This document shows, one piece after another, positions 9,779 through 21,161 of a stretch of DNA of 64,000 bases. The notes under the pieces are model-generated. The model worked only from the letters and a program-made list of their open reading frames with translations. It ran no database searches and was not told where the DNA came from. The position numbers were made by a program, and so were the translations under genes. Each line of letters starts with the position of its first letter. Position 1 is the first letter of the stretch. The stretch spans positions 13,335 through 77,334 of the forward strand of contig JBLIOD010000006.1 of NCBI GenBank assembly GCA_047639475.1, written 5' to 3'. This stretch comes from Gammaproteobacteria bacterium. Its GTDB lineage: Bacteria; Pseudomonadota; Gammaproteobacteria; Arenicellales; Poriferihabitantaceae.

Positions 9779-11515
9779 ATGAATAAACCTAAAACAAGGG
9801 AAGAAAAGAAACCAAAAGTACTTTTTGGTTTGGCAAAGCAGATTGTAACGCAAGAAATTGCTTCTTTTACATTGGCGAGCCAACTGCAATCAGAAGCTGA
9901 AAAAGCGGGGCATACGTTTTTTGAACAATGCTTTCAGCATGAAGATATTAACAAGGATGCCCTGTTGCAACTTGCTGCTAATGAGGCGGGCATGGCGCTG
10001 ATTGATTTAAACAGCGTCAATTTAGATGCATTGCCCCTCGCGCTATTAAGTGACGAACTAATCACTAAATTTCAAATGTTGCCACTATTTGGCCGAGGTG
10101 ACATGTTAAACGTGGCAATAGGCTCGCCGCATGCAAGGGTCGCGATCAGCCAAGCGCGGTTCCAAAGTTCTAAACGCATAAAAGCGGTAGTTTGTGACCC
10201 CAATAAGTTGCGCGTACTGATCACCAAATTAGCCGCGGGCGCCAATGAAGGCGCACTCGACGACTTCACCGACGACGTCAACCTCAATGAAATTGATATT
10301 GACCTGCTAACCGATGACGGCAATGTGCTGGAATCTATGGTCAATTTGGACCAAAGCAACCCGATTGTTCGTTATGTAAACCAAATCCTTCGAGACGCTG
10401 TCACAAAAGGCGCGTCCGATATTCACATTGAGCCTTATGAACACTATGCCCGAATACGATACCGTATAGACGGTGTTTTACACCCCGCGGGAGAACCACC
10501 AATCAAATTGGCGCAGAATATTGCCTCCCGAATAAAGGTTATGTCGCGCTTAGATATAGCAGAACGTCGATTGCCGCAGGATGGACGCATCAAACTGAAT
10601 TTCTCACGCTCTAGAACGATCGATTTTCGTGTTAGTACCATGCCCACTGTCTTTGGAGAAAAGGTAGTGCTGCGTATATTGAACCAGGGCTCTACTCAAC
10701 TTAGTTTAGATAGCTTAGGCATGGAGATGCACCAGCTAGCCCAATATAAACATGCCACCGCTCAACCACATGGGATGGTTTTAGTAACTGGTCCAACGGG
10801 TAGCGGCAAGACGGTTTCTTTATACTCTGCACTAGCACTTTTAAATAATCCAACTACCAATATCAGTTCTGTAGAGGACCCTGTCGAAATATATGCTGAT
10901 GGTGTCAATCAAGTCACTATCAACGAAAAATCCGGATTAACTTTCGCGAGAACCTTGCGCGCATTACTACGGCAGGATCCTGACATACTAATGATTGGTG
11001 AGATTCGTGACTTAGAAACAGCTGAAATAGCCATTAAGGCTTCTCAAACAGGTCACCTGGTTTTGTCCACCCTGCATACTAATGATGCGCCTAGTTCTAT
11101 TACCCGTTTGTTGAATATGGGAATCGCGCCATTTAACATTGCGTCAACGGTTAACTTAGTGATCGCACAACGTTTGGTAAGACGGCTTTGTGCCTCCTGC
11201 AAACAAAAAACTAAAATTTCAGCAGAAATATTGCTCAAAATGGGTTTCACCGAATCTCAAGTTAAAACTGGCACTATCCACGAAGCAGTGGGTTGCAGTA
11301 ACTGCTCAAAGGGCTATCGTGGAAGAACGGGTATATTCGAAGTCATGCCCATATCAGACGCCACCAGCGAATTAGTGATGGACAATGCGACTGAAGCACA
11401 AATAACAAGACAAGTTAGATCAGAAGGCGTATTGTCCATAAAAGAAGAGGGCTTCAAAAAGGTAGCAACTGGTATAACCAGCATTGCTGAAATTGAACGA
11501 GTCACCAAAGGATAA
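9779..11515 (+). CDS. pilB: type IV pilus assembly ATPase PilB
   Basis: GspE/PilB family: Walker A GPTGSGKT, a tetracysteine region (CASC...CSNC) and an N-terminal GSPII-like domain. Confidence 0.95.
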   Translation: MNKPKTREEKKPKVLFGLAKQIVTQEIASFTLASQLQSEAEKAGHTFFEQCFQHEDINKDALLQLAANEAGMALIDLNSVNLDALPLALLSDELITKFQMLPLFGRGDMLNVAIGSPHARVAISQARFQSSKRIKAVVCDPNKLRVLITKLAAGANEGALDDFTDDVNLNEIDIDLLTDDGNVLESMVNLDQSNPIVRYVNQILRDAVTKGASDIHIEPYEHYARIRYRIDGVLHPAGEPPIKLAQNIASRIKVMSRLDIAERRLPQDGRIKLNFSRSRTIDFRVSTMPTVFGEKVVLRILNQGSTQLSLDSLGMEMHQLAQYKHATAQPHGMVLVTGPTGSGKTVSLYSALALLNNPTTNISSVEDPVEIYADGVNQVTINEKSGLTFARTLRALLRQDPDILMIGEIRDLETAEIAIKASQTGHLVLSTLHTNDAPSSITRLLNMGIAPFNIASTVNLVIAQRLVRRLCASCKQKTKISAEILLKMGFTESQVKTGTIHEAVGCSNCSKGYRGRTGIFEVMPISDATSELVMDNATEAQITRQVRSEGVLSIKEEGFKKVATGITSIAEIERVTKG

Positions 11516-11536
11516 AATTTCAACAATAATAAAGTC

Positions 11537-12757
11537 ATGGCAAAAGCACCCAAAACTAAAAAGGTAGTTATCTTCGACTGGAAAGGTCAAAATCATAATG
11601 GTGTTCGTGAAAGTGGCGAAATAGAGGCGACTACGCTCAAGGAAGCCCGAGGGTTAATCCAAAAAAGAGGAATTAAATTAAAGAAAATTCGAAAGCAATC
11701 GCACCCTATTTTTGGTGGTGATTCAGTTAAGAATAGAGATGTGGTTGTGCTTAGTCGCCAATTAGCGACGATGGTAGAGGGCGGCATCCCCATTGCCCAA
11801 GCCTTATCCGTGGTAGGTCAAAGCAGTGACAACCGCGCTGTTAAAATTTTATTAGCCAAAATGAGAATGAATGTGGAGGAAGGTGAAGACTTAACCTCAA
11901 CCTTGCGTAAACACCCTAAACATTTTAATTCACTTTACGTAGGGTTGGTAAATGTCGGCGAAGAGTCAGGTACGCTCGGCCCAATGTTAGGAAGAATCGC
12001 AGCCTACTTAGAAAAAGCAGAAGCCATGCGGCGCAAGATAAAATCCGCATTGATGTACCCTGTCATTGTTATGTCTGTTGGACTAATCATTGTCGCAGGC
12101 TTGCTTATTTTTATCATTCCGCAGTTCCAATCACTGTTTGAATCCAATAATGCAGAGCTGCCACTATTAACCAGTATCGTTATCACTGCTTCGGAAACAC
12201 TCCAAGAACATTGGCTGCTGGTCGCTATCTTGATCTTCATGTCTAACATATCTTCTAAGTATTTTTATAAGAAGAGCTTTTCATTCAAACACTTAGTGGA
12301 CCGTCTCATGCTAAAAGTACCCGTCTTTGGTCCACTAGTTAGAAAAAGCATTTTAGTGCGAGTCACCCGCACAGTGGCCATCATGTTTAGAGCGGGTATA
12401 CCGATGGTTGAAACTTTGGGCGTCATTGCGCCGGCATCAGGCAACGAAGTATTTAGGCGCGCATTGAGTCAAGTTCAAAATGACATCGCAACAGGCCAGC
12501 CACTTGAATCTTCATTACGTGAAGCCAAGCAGTTCCCCAGCATGATATTGCAGATGGTCAGAACCGGTGAAGAAACCGGTGAAATGGACAGCATGTTGGA
12601 TAAGGTAGCAGAGTTTTACGAAGACGAAGTGGACAATACCATTTCTGGAATCAGCGCCTTGGTTGAGCCGATTATGGTCGTTGTTTTGGGAATACTCATT
12701 GGTATCGTGGTTGTTGCTATGTATCTTCCGATCTTTAAACTCGGCGATGTGTTCTAA
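11537..12757 (+). CDS. pilC: type IV pilus platform protein PilC
   Basis: GspF/PilC family with two repeated T2SSF-type domains and three TM segments. Confidence 0.95.
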   Translation: MAKAPKTKKVVIFDWKGQNHNGVRESGEIEATTLKEARGLIQKRGIKLKKIRKQSHPIFGGDSVKNRDVVVLSRQLATMVEGGIPIAQALSVVGQSSDNRAVKILLAKMRMNVEEGEDLTSTLRKHPKHFNSLYVGLVNVGEESGTLGPMLGRIAAYLEKAEAMRRKIKSALMYPVIVMSVGLIIVAGLLIFIIPQFQSLFESNNAELPLLTSIVITASETLQEHWLLVAILIFMSNISSKYFYKKSFSFKHLVDRLMLKVPVFGPLVRKSILVRVTRTVAIMFRAGIPMVETLGVIAPASGNEVFRRALSQVQNDIATGQPLESSLREAKQFPSMILQMVRTGEETGEMDSMLDKVAEFYEDEVDNTISGISALVEPIMVVVLGILIGIVVVAMYLPIFKLGDVF

Positions 12758-12801
12758 AACAGCTCATCTAGTTGAATCCCTCAGTTAAATAAAACCAAAG
12801 C

Positions 12802-13728
12802 GTGAGCACTTTGATTGAACAGCTCTATCTAACGGGGCCGCTGTACTGGTTGACTTTATTTATATTCGGGTTATTGGTTGGCAGCTTTTTGAACGTCGTT
12901 ATACTGCGGCTGCCCAAACAAATGATGCACGAATGGACTAGTCAGTGTGAAGCCTTGCTAGCAGAGGAAGAGGAAGGCGAAGAGGAAGAGGAAGAGGAAG
13001 AGTTGAGCAATGCCGCCACTGTTTCGAGCCCGCCTCCTGGCATCGTATTTCCCGCTTCGCATTGCCCAACTTGCAAAACGCCGCTGAAGTGGTGGCACAA
13101 TCTACCTGTTATTAGTTATATCTTCCTAAGGGGTAAATGTTTTGCCTGTGAAAAACCCATTTCATTGCGTTACCCGCTTATAGAGCTACTCACCGCCGGC
13201 TTAACTGTTTTAGTGGGGCTATATTTCCCAACCACCGCGGTTTTACCTTGGCTTTTACTGCTTACTTGGTGCCTTATAACGCTGAGCTTTATCGACATTG
13301 ATCATAAGTTACTCCCTGATAACATAACCCTTCCCTTGGTATGGTTAGGGCTGCTATTTAATATTACGGCTAACGGCTTTGCTTCACCGCAAGATTCAAT
13401 TATTGGCGCGGTTATTGGCTATATGATTTTATGGACAGTTTACCAAGTTCATCATGCCGTCACCAAAAAGGAAGGCATGGGTTACGGTGATTTCAAGTTA
13501 CTTTCTGCAGCGGGCGCTTGGTTGGGTTGGCAATATATTCCCATCACCTTATTACTATCCGCCGGTGCAGGTGTCGCGATAGGCATTTCATTGATGTTAA
13601 TAAAAAAGCAGGGCCGTGACCTTCAAATACCATTTGGCCCTTATATAGCCGTGGCTTTTCTCATGGCCTTAGTGTGGGGCGATCAACTCCAACGTGCTTA
13701 CTTCAACTTAATCGGTCTCAACGTTTGA
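12802..13728 (+). CDS. pilD: prepilin peptidase / N-methyltransferase PilD
   Basis: GTG start, cytoplasmic CxxC...CxxC region (HCPTCK...GKCFACE), and the aspartyl-protease motif GMGYGDFKLL. Confidence 0.95.
   Translation: MSTLIEQLYLTGPLYWLTLFIFGLLVGSFLNVVILRLPKQMMHEWTSQCEALLAEEEEGEEEEEEEELSNAATVSSPPPGIVFPASHCPTCKTPLKWWHNLPVISYIFLRGKCFACEKPISLRYPLIELLTAGLTVLVGLYFPTTAVLPWLLLLTWCLITLSFIDIDHKLLPDNITLPLVWLGLLFNITANGFASPQDSIIGAVIGYMILWTVYQVHHAVTKKEGMGYGDFKLLSAAGAWLGWQYIPITLLLSAGAGVAIGISLMLIKKQGRDLQIPFGPYIAVAFLMALVWGDQLQRAYFNLIGLNV
12964..13002 (+). repeat. (GAG/GAA)n trinucleotide tract encoding EEEEGEEEEEEEE inside pilD
   Basis: Direct reading: gag gaa gag gaa ggc gaa gag gaa gag gaa gag gaa gag, in frame with pilD. 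Confidence 0.9.
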
Positions 13729-14333
13729 TTTATAAGGTTGGCGTAACTGGCGGAATTGGATCTGGAAAATCGAGCGTTACCCAGCACTTTGCCGACTTCA
13801 ATGTCCCTACTTTTAGCTCAGATACCATTGCCCGTGAATTGTGTGAACCCGGTCAGGCGTCCTATGTTGAGATAGTGGGTACTTTTGGACGCCGTATCTT
13901 AAATGAAGATAATACCCTCAATAGAGCTGAACTCGGGAGTATCGTATTCAATGACAAGGCGCAATTGAAACGCTTAGAAGCCATTCTACATCCCGCCATA
14001 TTTAAAACCATGCATGAGCGCGCGCAGTCAGCGCAATCACCCTACTGTATATTAGACATTCCTTTACTGGTAGGCACTAATGAACAACTAGCTGTTCATC
14101 GTATTTTAGTGGTTAACACCGACGCTGAATTACGAAAGCAACGGGTTATGCAGCGCAGTGGCTGGTCTGCTGAAAAAACGCAATCGGTTATGGATAACCA
14201 ACTCTCTAACGCTGAACTTATTTCTGCTGCTGACGACGTTATTGTTAACAACGCAACCCTAGCTGAACTAGTCCCGCTAGTGAAAAAATTGCATCAAGGT
14301 TATTTAACGCTTGCTCGAGCACGAAACTATTAG
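13725..14333 (+). CDS. coaE: dephospho-CoA kinase
   Basis: P-loop VGVTGGIGSGKS a few residues from the start. The likely start is the TTG at 13725, which overlaps the pilD stop (TTGA). The track start at 13674 would overlap pilD by 55 nt. Confidence 0.88.
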   Translation: MIYKVGVTGGIGSGKSSVTQHFADFNVPTFSSDTIARELCEPGQASYVEIVGTFGRRILNEDNTLNRAELGSIVFNDKAQLKRLEAILHPAIFKTMHERAQSAQSPYCILDIPLLVGTNEQLAVHRILVVNTDAELRKQRVMQRSGWSAEKTQSVMDNQLSNAELISAADDVIVNNATLAELVPLVKKLHQGYLTLARARNY

Positions 14334-14340
14334 GTTGAGG

Positions 14341-14745
14341 TTAGCTGGCTAATGCCTGATTTGCCAAGTTTAATAAAGGCACCGCAGCTTCCAACAAATC
14401 TAATTCTGCTATGGCCGACGGCTCTGCCCAAAGTGTCGTTTGCCCTTCTAAACCAATGGGTTTACCTTCCCATTGCTGACAGAGGTAAGTATGTAAACGC
14501 ACATCAGCGTGAGCATAATTGTGTTCTAAAACCGTTAATGGTTGCTGTGCAACAAGTGTTATACCTAACTCTTCTTTTAGCTCACGCACCAAAGCGTCAA
14601 CAGCGCTTTCTCCCGGTTCTAACTTACCGCCTGGAAATTCCCATTTTCCTGCGCAATCGGTTCCTTCAGGCCTTTGCTGAGCAAACAATTGAGCATGTTC
14701 GTTTATCAATATACCGACGGCCACATCAATCCGTTTACGCGCCAT
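14341..14745 (-). CDS. mutT: NUDIX hydrolase, MutT-type 8-oxo-dGTP diphosphatase
   Basis: Nudix box GKWEFPGGKLEPGESAVDALVRELKEELGI. The start was trimmed to the ATG at 14745 so that it no longer overlaps argJ. Confidence 0.85.
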   Translation of the reverse strand: MARKRIDVAVGILINEHAQLFAQQRPEGTDCAGKWEFPGGKLEPGESAVDALVRELKEELGITLVAQQPLTVLEHNYAHADVRLHTYLCQQWEGKPIGLEGQTTLWAEPSAIAELDLLEAAVPLLNLANQALAS

Positions 14746-14758
14746 CAACTCAATCTTA

Positions 14759-16003
14759 TTAACTGCGGTAGTCCGCATTAATCTCTATATAACCGTGAGT
14801 AAGATCACAGGTCCAGACTGTGGCGCAGCCTTTACTCTCACACCCCAGATCAACATCAACAACAATATTTTGTCCAGCCAAGTGTTTGTTCACTTTGGCC
14901 TCTTGGTAGTCTGCTACAGGGCCATCACCGGCAGCGATAGCAACGCCGCCCATGCTTATAGCCAATTTATCTAGCACAATGGGTTCATCGGTCTTACCCA
15001 CCGCCATCACGATTCGCCCCCAATTTGCATCTTCTCCTGCAATGGCCGTTTTTACCAGAGGTGAATTAGCGATGCTTTTGGCTACGACCTTTGCTGATTC
15101 ATTTGTCGCAGCACCTGAAACATTGATGGTGATAAACTTTGAAGCGCCCTCTCCATCTTTGGCTACTTGTTGAGCGAGATCAATCATAACGGCAGACAAG
15201 ACCGATTGGAAGTTTTTAAAATCTGGCATACTTTGTATTAACTCCGTCGCATACCCCTCTCCTGTCGCAAACAACAAACAAGTGTCTGAGGTAGAAGTAT
15301 CTGAATCAACCGTCATACAGTTAAAGCTCTCGCTATTGGCGTTACTGAGTGCGTGTTGCAGGCTGGCCTGATCAACTTTAGCATCAGTAAAAACATACGC
15401 TAACATCGTCGCCATATTAGGCTCAATCATGCCCGAGCCCTTTGCCACGCCGGCAATATTGATGGTCTCGCCATCTATTTGGCATTGCCCGCAGGCCAAC
15501 TTGGGATAAGTATCTGTCGTGCCAATCGCGTTGGCCAAAGACAGCCAATTCTGATTGCTGTTCAAAATAATTTTATTGTCGATCGCTTTAAGCAGCGTGT
15601 CGACTTTTAGCTGTTCTCCTATTACCCCAGTAGACGAGACAAATATTTGTTGGTCATCTATCGAACCAATTTTGTTAGCAACCGCTGAAGCCATGGCCTC
15701 TACGGCTAATTGCCCTTGTGCTCCGGTGCAAACATTGGCATTGCCTGCATTCACCACCATCGCTGTGGCTGATTTATCCACCGTTTGACTGCTAAGCACT
15801 TGTCGAGACCAAAGCACGGCAGGCCCGGCAGTGTTAGATTGTGTAAAGACACCCGCTGCTCTGGTATGCGGTCCACAGCACACGACGGCTAAATCATCTC
15901 TATCCTGATAACGTTCGCCGCTGGCAGCAGTCGCTATTTTTACCCCTTTCACTATGGGCATCGTAGGCATACTAGCGGGTGCTAGCGGTGAAACCTTTAA
16001 CAT
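14759..16003 (-). CDS. argJ: bifunctional glutamate N-acetyltransferase / amino-acid acetyltransferase
   Basis: 414 aa, ArgJ family, with the autoprocessing region ...ATMLAYVFTDA. Confidence 0.95.
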   Translation of the reverse strand: MLKVSPLAPASMPTMPIVKGVKIATAASGERYQDRDDLAVVCCGPHTRAAGVFTQSNTAGPAVLWSRQVLSSQTVDKSATAMVVNAGNANVCTGAQGQLAVEAMASAVANKIGSIDDQQIFVSSTGVIGEQLKVDTLLKAIDNKIILNSNQNWLSLANAIGTTDTYPKLACGQCQIDGETINIAGVAKGSGMIEPNMATMLAYVFTDAKVDQASLQHALSNANSESFNCMTVDSDTSTSDTCLLFATGEGYATELIQSMPDFKNFQSVLSAVMIDLAQQVAKDGEGASKFITINVSGAATNESAKVVAKSIANSPLVKTAIAGEDANWGRIVMAVGKTDEPIVLDKLAISMGGVAIAAGDGPVADYQEAKVNKHLAGQNIVVDVDLGCESKGCATVWTCDLTHGYIEINADYRS

Positions 16004-16022
16004 AGGCGGTACTTAGAATAGG

Positions 16023-18746
16023 TTAGGCCAACGCACCGTGGCATTTCTTATATTTTTTACCAGAACCACAAGGGCAAGTATCGTTACGGCCGATTTTTGG
16101 TACTGACGGTTGTGCTTTTTTAGCAGCTGGTGCAGGCCTGGCAGTTGGTGTAGCAGCTTGCGCATTCTGTACCGCAGTTTCAGCAGCAGACTCCGTGTTT
16201 AGCTGTGGGTGATTAAATTCCATCTCTTGTTGCTTTCGTTGCGCTTCCATTTCAGCCACTTCTTCTTCGCTGCGCAGCTGTACTTTGGATAACATGCCCA
16301 CCACTTCGTACTTAACCACATCTAACATGTCTTCAAACAAAGTAAAGGCTTCGCGCTTGTACTCTTGTTTCGGGTCTTTTTGCGCGTAACCACGAAGCCC
16401 AATACCTTGACGCAAATGGTCCATATTTGACAGGTGTTCTTTCCAATGTTCATCTAATACTTGCAGCATTACCGCCTTCTCGAGGTGGCGTACCGCCCCT
16501 TCGCTGGCCTTGGCTTCTTTAGCTTGGTAAGCCACAATATATGCTGCTTCGATTTTGTCGCGCAGGGTTTCTTCGTACAGGCTGTCATCTTGAGTTAACC
16601 AGTCACTCACCGGCATCGTTAAACCAAATTCGCGGGTAATTGAATCTTCTAAACCTGAAATATCCCACTGTTCTTCTAGCGATTCTGGAGCAATATGTTG
16701 TGCAAACACTTCACTGACCACTTCCGTTGTCATTGCCTGAATATTGTCAGATACATCCTCAACGTCCATCAAATGATTACGTTGTTGGTAAACTACTTTA
16801 CGTTGTTCGTTGGCTACATCATCATAATCTAGCAATTGCTTTCGCATATCAAAGTTATGCCCTTCTACTTTACGCTGCGCATTTTCAATGGCTTTGTTTA
16901 CCCAAGGGTGTTCAATCGCTTCACCCTCTTCCATACCCAACTTTTGCATTACGCTGGCAATGCGTTCAGATCCAAATATGCGCATCAAACTGTCTTCTAA
17001 AGACAAATAGAAACTACTGCTGCCAGGGTCGCCTTGGCGTCCGCAACGACCTCGCAATTGATTATCCACGCGGCGTGACTCATTTCGCTCTGTGCCGACA
17101 ACATACAAGCCCCCTGATTTTACAACCGCATCATGTCTTTCTTGCCAAGCAACTGTGAGCTGCTCAATGTCAGCACTGTCACCCGCCTTTTCAATGTCAG
17201 ACTGCAAACTGCCGCCCAAAACAATATCAGTACCACGACCTGCCATATTGGTTGCGATGGTGATAGCACCAGGACTACCTGCATTGGCAACAATATCAGC
17301 TTCACGCTCATGCTGTTTGGCATTTAAGACTTGGTGTTCAATTTTTTCCTTGGTCAGCATCTCAGATAATAACTCAGATGATTCAATAGAAGCCGTGCCC
17401 ACCAAAACTGGCTGACCACTCTCGACACTTTGCATAATCTGATCACGTATAGCAGTAAATTTCTCGTTCATGGTCCGAAAAACCAAATCAGCGTGGTCTA
17501 CACGTGTCAGTGGTTTATTGGTTGGCATAACCACTACTTCCAAGTTGTATATTTGCTCAAATTCAGGGGCTTCGGTATCTGCTGTACCTGTCATGCCTGA
17601 CAAAGACGAATACAATCTAAAGTAATTCTGGAAAGTAATCGAAGCCAAGGTTTGGTTTTCGCGTTGAATCTCCACACCTTCTTTTGCTTCGACTGCTTGA
17701 TGCAAACCATCAGACCACCGTCTTCCTGCCATCATGCGACCCGTAAACTCGTCAACAATGATCACTTCATTTTCTTGCACGATGTATTCGACATCTTTCG
17801 TGAATAAGTAATGTGCTCGCAAGGCAGCATAAAGATGGTGCATTAAACTCACGTTATTCACGTCATACAAGGAACCATCTTCACTCAGTAGCCCTGCATC
17901 ACTCAATAGCTGTTCCGCTTTTTCGTGCCCAGATTCCGTTAAAGTAGCGCGCTTGGCTTTCTCATCTATAACGAAGTCCTTTGGATCTTCTTCATCCGTT
18001 TCTAGTTCAAGGCTTGGTACGATCTTATTGATAGCCTGATACAAATCAACATTGTCATCCGAAGGCCCTGAAATAATAAGTGGTGTACGGGCTTCATCAA
18101 TCAATATTGAGTCAACCTCATCAATTACCGCAAAACCCAGCCCGCGTTGGGCGCGCTGTTCAGCGCTAAACGCCATGTTGTCGCGTAAGTAATCAAAGCC
18201 ATATTCGTTATTCGTGCCATACACGATATCGCAGACATAAGCCTTTTGCTTCTCTTCTTGAGGTTGGCCAGATTGAATAACCCCCACGCTCAAGCCCATG
18301 AATTCATAGACTTCACCCATCCATTCTGCGTCGCGGCGAGCCAAGTAATCATTCACTGTAATGATATGAACGGCTCCGCCACTTAAGGTATTTAAATAGG
18401 CAGGCAGAGTGGCAACCAAAGTTTTACCTTCGCCCGTTTTCATTTCAGCAATCTTGCCGTCATGCAAAACTATACCGCCTATCATTTGTACGTCATAATG
18501 GCGCAAGCCTAAGGAACGCACCGCGCCTTCACGCACGGCAGCAAAGGCTTCAGGCAGCAATTGCTCCAAGGTCTCACCTGACTTGAAACGATCACGAAAA
18601 ACGTCGGTACGACCGCGTAATTCTTCGTCAGATAAAGCCTGCATTTGAGATTCATAGGCGTTGATTTCATCAACGCTCTTGTTCATTTCTTTTAGTAACC
18701 GTTGATTACGGTTACCGAACACTTTGGTTAGCGCTTTTGTCAGCAT
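16023..18746 (-). CDS. secA: preprotein translocase ATPase SecA
   Basis: 907 aa, MKTGEGKT Walker [20 protein letters not shown], and the C-terminal zinc motif [14 protein letters not shown]. Confidence 0.98.
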   Translation of the reverse strand: MLTKALTKVFGNRNQRLLKEMNKSVDEINAYESQMQALSDEELRGRTDVFRDRFKSGETLEQLLPEAFAAVREGAVRSLGLRHYDVQMIGGIVLHDGKIAEMKTGEGKTLVATLPAYLNTLSGGAVHIITVNDYLARRDAEWMGEVYEFMGLSVGVIQSGQPQEEKQKAYVCDIVYGTNNEYGFDYLRDNMAFSAEQRAQRGLGFAVIDEVDSILIDEARTPLIISGPSDDNVDLYQAINKIVPSLELETDEEDPKDFVIDEKAKRATLTESGHEKAEQLLSDAGLLSEDGSLYDVNNVSLMHHLYAALRAHYLFTKDVEYIVQENEVIIVDEFTGRMMAGRRWSDGLHQAVEAKEGVEIQRENQTLASITFQNYFRLYSSLSGMTGTADTEAPEFEQIYNLEVVVMPTNKPLTRVDHADLVFRTMNEKFTAIRDQIMQSVESGQPVLVGTASIESSELLSEMLTKEKIEHQVLNAKQHEREADIVANAGSPGAITIATNMAGRGTDIVLGGSLQSDIEKAGDSADIEQLTVAWQERHDAVVKSGGLYVVGTERNESRRVDNQLRGRCGRQGDPGSSSFYLSLEDSLMRIFGSERIASVMQKLGMEEGEAIEHPWVNKAIENAQRKVEGHNFDMRKQLLDYDDVANEQRKVVYQQRNHLMDVEDVSDNIQAMTTEVVSEVFAQHIAPESLEEQWDISGLEDSITREFGLTMPVSDWLTQDDSLYEETLRDKIEAAYIVAYQAKEAKASEGAVRHLEKAVMLQVLDEHWKEHLSNMDHLRQGIGLRGYAQKDPKQEYKREAFTLFEDMLDVVKYEVVGMLSKVQLRSEEEVAEMEAQRKQQEMEFNHPQLNTESAAETAVQNAQAATPTARPAPAAKKAQPSVPKIGRNDTCPCGSGKKYKKCHGALA

Positions 18747-18920
18747 CTAATAACTCACTTTTCGAATTGTTTTTGTCAGGGCGCTGCTCGCAACTCCGTG
18801 TGAACCCACATGGCCACTATGGATCCTGGGGGAGTTTAAGCAGAGCGTTGCATTATGTTGAACTAAACACCATAATGCTTTCTATCCCTTTATAAATAAG
18901 GCTGTATTATCCACTTTCCA

Positions 18921-19376
18921 ATGCGCGAATTCCAAGTTATTCAAGATTTTTTGCCTGATTTACAAACTAAATCTAGTGATCCTCCGGCAGATTATGCCGC
19001 ACAGCAAAAAGTACACACCATTCTCAACAAACTGTTGGGACAAAGCGCTCAATTTTTAATGCCCACCTTGTTTCAATCTGGTCGACTGCTATTAATAACC
19101 AAGGCTCCTGTATGGGCTGCTCACATAAAAAATAGACAACAAAGCATCACTGACGAGGCCACGATACTTAGGTTAAAGATTACTGAAATTGTGGTGAAAG
19201 TTCAGCCAGTAAATCAAGCCAGCACAGAGCAAGCGTTACCTGAAGTGAAGCGTGCTTTATCGACTGCATCACTCGATTCGATTGCAAAAGTCAGCGATGA
19301 AATTGAAAACCCGAAGCTAAAAGAAGCCTTTTCCCGATTACAGGCGAGAATTAAAAACTCAAGAGAAGGAGCTTAA
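18921..19376 (+). CDS. DUF721 / DciA-like protein
   Basis: 151 aa. The sequence and the position between secA and lpxC match the DUF721 gene found there in Pseudomonas-type gene orders. The assignment is from memory of the family and of synteny. Confidence 0.55.
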   Translation: MREFQVIQDFLPDLQTKSSDPPADYAAQQKVHTILNKLLGQSAQFLMPTLFQSGRLLLITKAPVWAAHIKNRQQSITDEATILRLKITEIVVKVQPVNQASTEQALPEVKRALSTASLDSIAKVSDEIENPKLKEAFSRLQARIKNSREGA

Positions 19377-19431
19377 ACTACATTTACCATAGATTAGATG
19401 ATCGCCAGCAGGTGCTAGGCAACCAGAGGAA

Positions 19432-20349
19432 CTATACTGCTGCTGCGGCAATTCCAGGAACAAAGGCAATCGGCGCTTCAAGTTCTTCTTCGATAGTGAT
19501 CAATTCCCAAGCAGATTCATCTGCCATCAATTGTCGAAGAATTTTGTTGTTTAGTGCATGACCGGATTTAAACGCGCTAAACGCGCCGATCAATGGATGG
19601 CCAATAGTGTATAAATCACCCACTGCATCTAAAATTTTATGCTTCACAAATTCATCGCGATAACGCAAACCATCGTCGTTCAGGATATGAAACGCATCCA
19701 TCACTATCGCGTTATCGAAACTTCCACCACGCGCCAAGCCGGCGTCACGCAAGGTTTCGACATCTTCCATAAAACCGAAGGTACGGGCTCGGCTCACTTC
19801 TTTAATGAAAGAGGTGGTTGAAAAATCAACCGTAGCACATTGCTCAGACTTCTTTAAGATCGGGTGATCGAAGTTAATGGTAAACGTCACCTTGAAACCT
19901 TCGAATGGTTCAAGCTGCACCCACTTATCACCGTCTTCAACTTTAAGTTTTTTCTTAATGCGGATGAATTTCTTCGCGGCGTTTTGCTCCACGATGCCTG
20001 CAGACTGCAACAGAAACACAAAGGGGGCCGCACTGCCATCCATTATCGGTACTTCATGCGTGCTTAATTCTACCTTGGCGTTGTCCACGCCCAAGCCTGC
20101 AAAAGCCGACATCAAATGTTCAATCGTCGTTATTTTCGCACCGCCAGCTTCAATGGAAGTCGATAAACGGGTGTCGGTAACGTTATCTTGTTTGGCAGGA
20201 ATTTCCATTACGGGATCAAGATCAACTCTATAGAATCTAATACCATGATCAACAGGTGCAGGTTTCAAAGTTAAATACACTTTTTCACCAGTATGCAGCC
20301 CAACGCCGGTCGCGCGAATGACGTTACTTAAAGTTCTTTGTCGAAGCAT
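19432..20349 (-). CDS. lpxC: UDP-3-O-acyl-N-acetylglucosamine deacetylase
   Basis: [24 protein letters not shown]..., HxxxD region ([14 protein letters not shown]). Confidence 0.97.
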   Translation of the reverse strand: MLRQRTLSNVIRATGVGLHTGEKVYLTLKPAPVDHGIRFYRVDLDPVMEIPAKQDNVTDTRLSTSIEAGGAKITTIEHLMSAFAGLGVDNAKVELSTHEVPIMDGSAAPFVFLLQSAGIVEQNAAKKFIRIKKKLKVEDGDKWVQLEPFEGFKVTFTINFDHPILKKSEQCATVDFSTTSFIKEVSRARTFGFMEDVETLRDAGLARGGSFDNAIVMDAFHILNDDGLRYRDEFVKHKILDAVGDLYTIGHPLIGAFSAFKSGHALNNKILRQLMADESAWELITIEEELEAPIAFVPGIAAAAV

Positions 20350-20515
20350 TAATAGAGGAGTTTCCGAATAGGATATGGCAAGCTAATTTGGCGCCGATTT
20401 TATAATAAATCAAACTGTTATTGTAGGAGATTGGTCCAAAACTCGCCTTTTAGCTTGCTATTGAAGCTTTAAGAGGCATTTTGACAAGAATTAACCAGCC
20501 TTTTCTTTCGAATGC

Positions 20516-21145
20516 TTAATCCACCAAAGGATTAAAGTAATTTCTTCCGGGTTTACCTTTGCGTATTTCATCAATCAATAAATTGAAATGGTCTTGGTTT
20601 TCGATGAAGTTCAAGGTTTCAGCATTCACTATTAACAGGGGTGAAGCATAATAGTTTAAAAAGTATCGAGAATAGGTATCTGACAAATCCTTAAGATAAT
20701 CAGGGTGAATTTGTTGCTCATACTCTACGCCTCTGCGCGAAATACGGCGCTGCAAGGTTTCAGTCGATGCCTGTAAATAAACCACCAAGTCTGGCACAGG
20801 CACTTGTGGGGATAGCGCTTGATATACTTCGTCATACAGATCTAGTTCATCGGCTTCTAGGGTTAACTCAGCAAACAACGGATCTTTTCCAAGCATAAAA
20901 TCTGAAACGACCCCGCTGGAAAATAGATCGGTTTGACTGAGGCCCCGCAGTTGTTTTACTCGTTGAAACAGGAAGTACAACTGCGTTTGCATGGCATACT
21001 GGTCAGGCTGCTCATAGAACCGTTCTAGAAAGGGGTTTTCAGCAGGCTGTTCCAACAACTCATCAAAACCGAACTCTTTGGCTATACGCTTGGTGAGCGT
21101 GGTTTTACCCACACCAATGGGACCTTCAACAACGATATGACTCAT
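20516..21145 (-). CDS. deoxynucleoside kinase family protein
   Basis: P-loop VEGPIGVGKTTL, with ERF and DR(Y/H)-like dNK family features; 209 aa. Confidence 0.8.
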   Translation of the reverse strand: MSHIVVEGPIGVGKTTLTKRIAKEFGFDELLEQPAENPFLERFYEQPDQYAMQTQLYFLFQRVKQLRGLSQTDLFSSGVVSDFMLGKDPLFAELTLEADELDLYDEVYQALSPQVPVPDLVVYLQASTETLQRRISRRGVEYEQQIHPDYLKDLSDTYSRYFLNYYASPLLIVNAETLNFIENQDHFNLLIDEIRKGKPGRNYFNPLVD

Positions 21146-21161
21146 AAAGACCTCCCGATGC

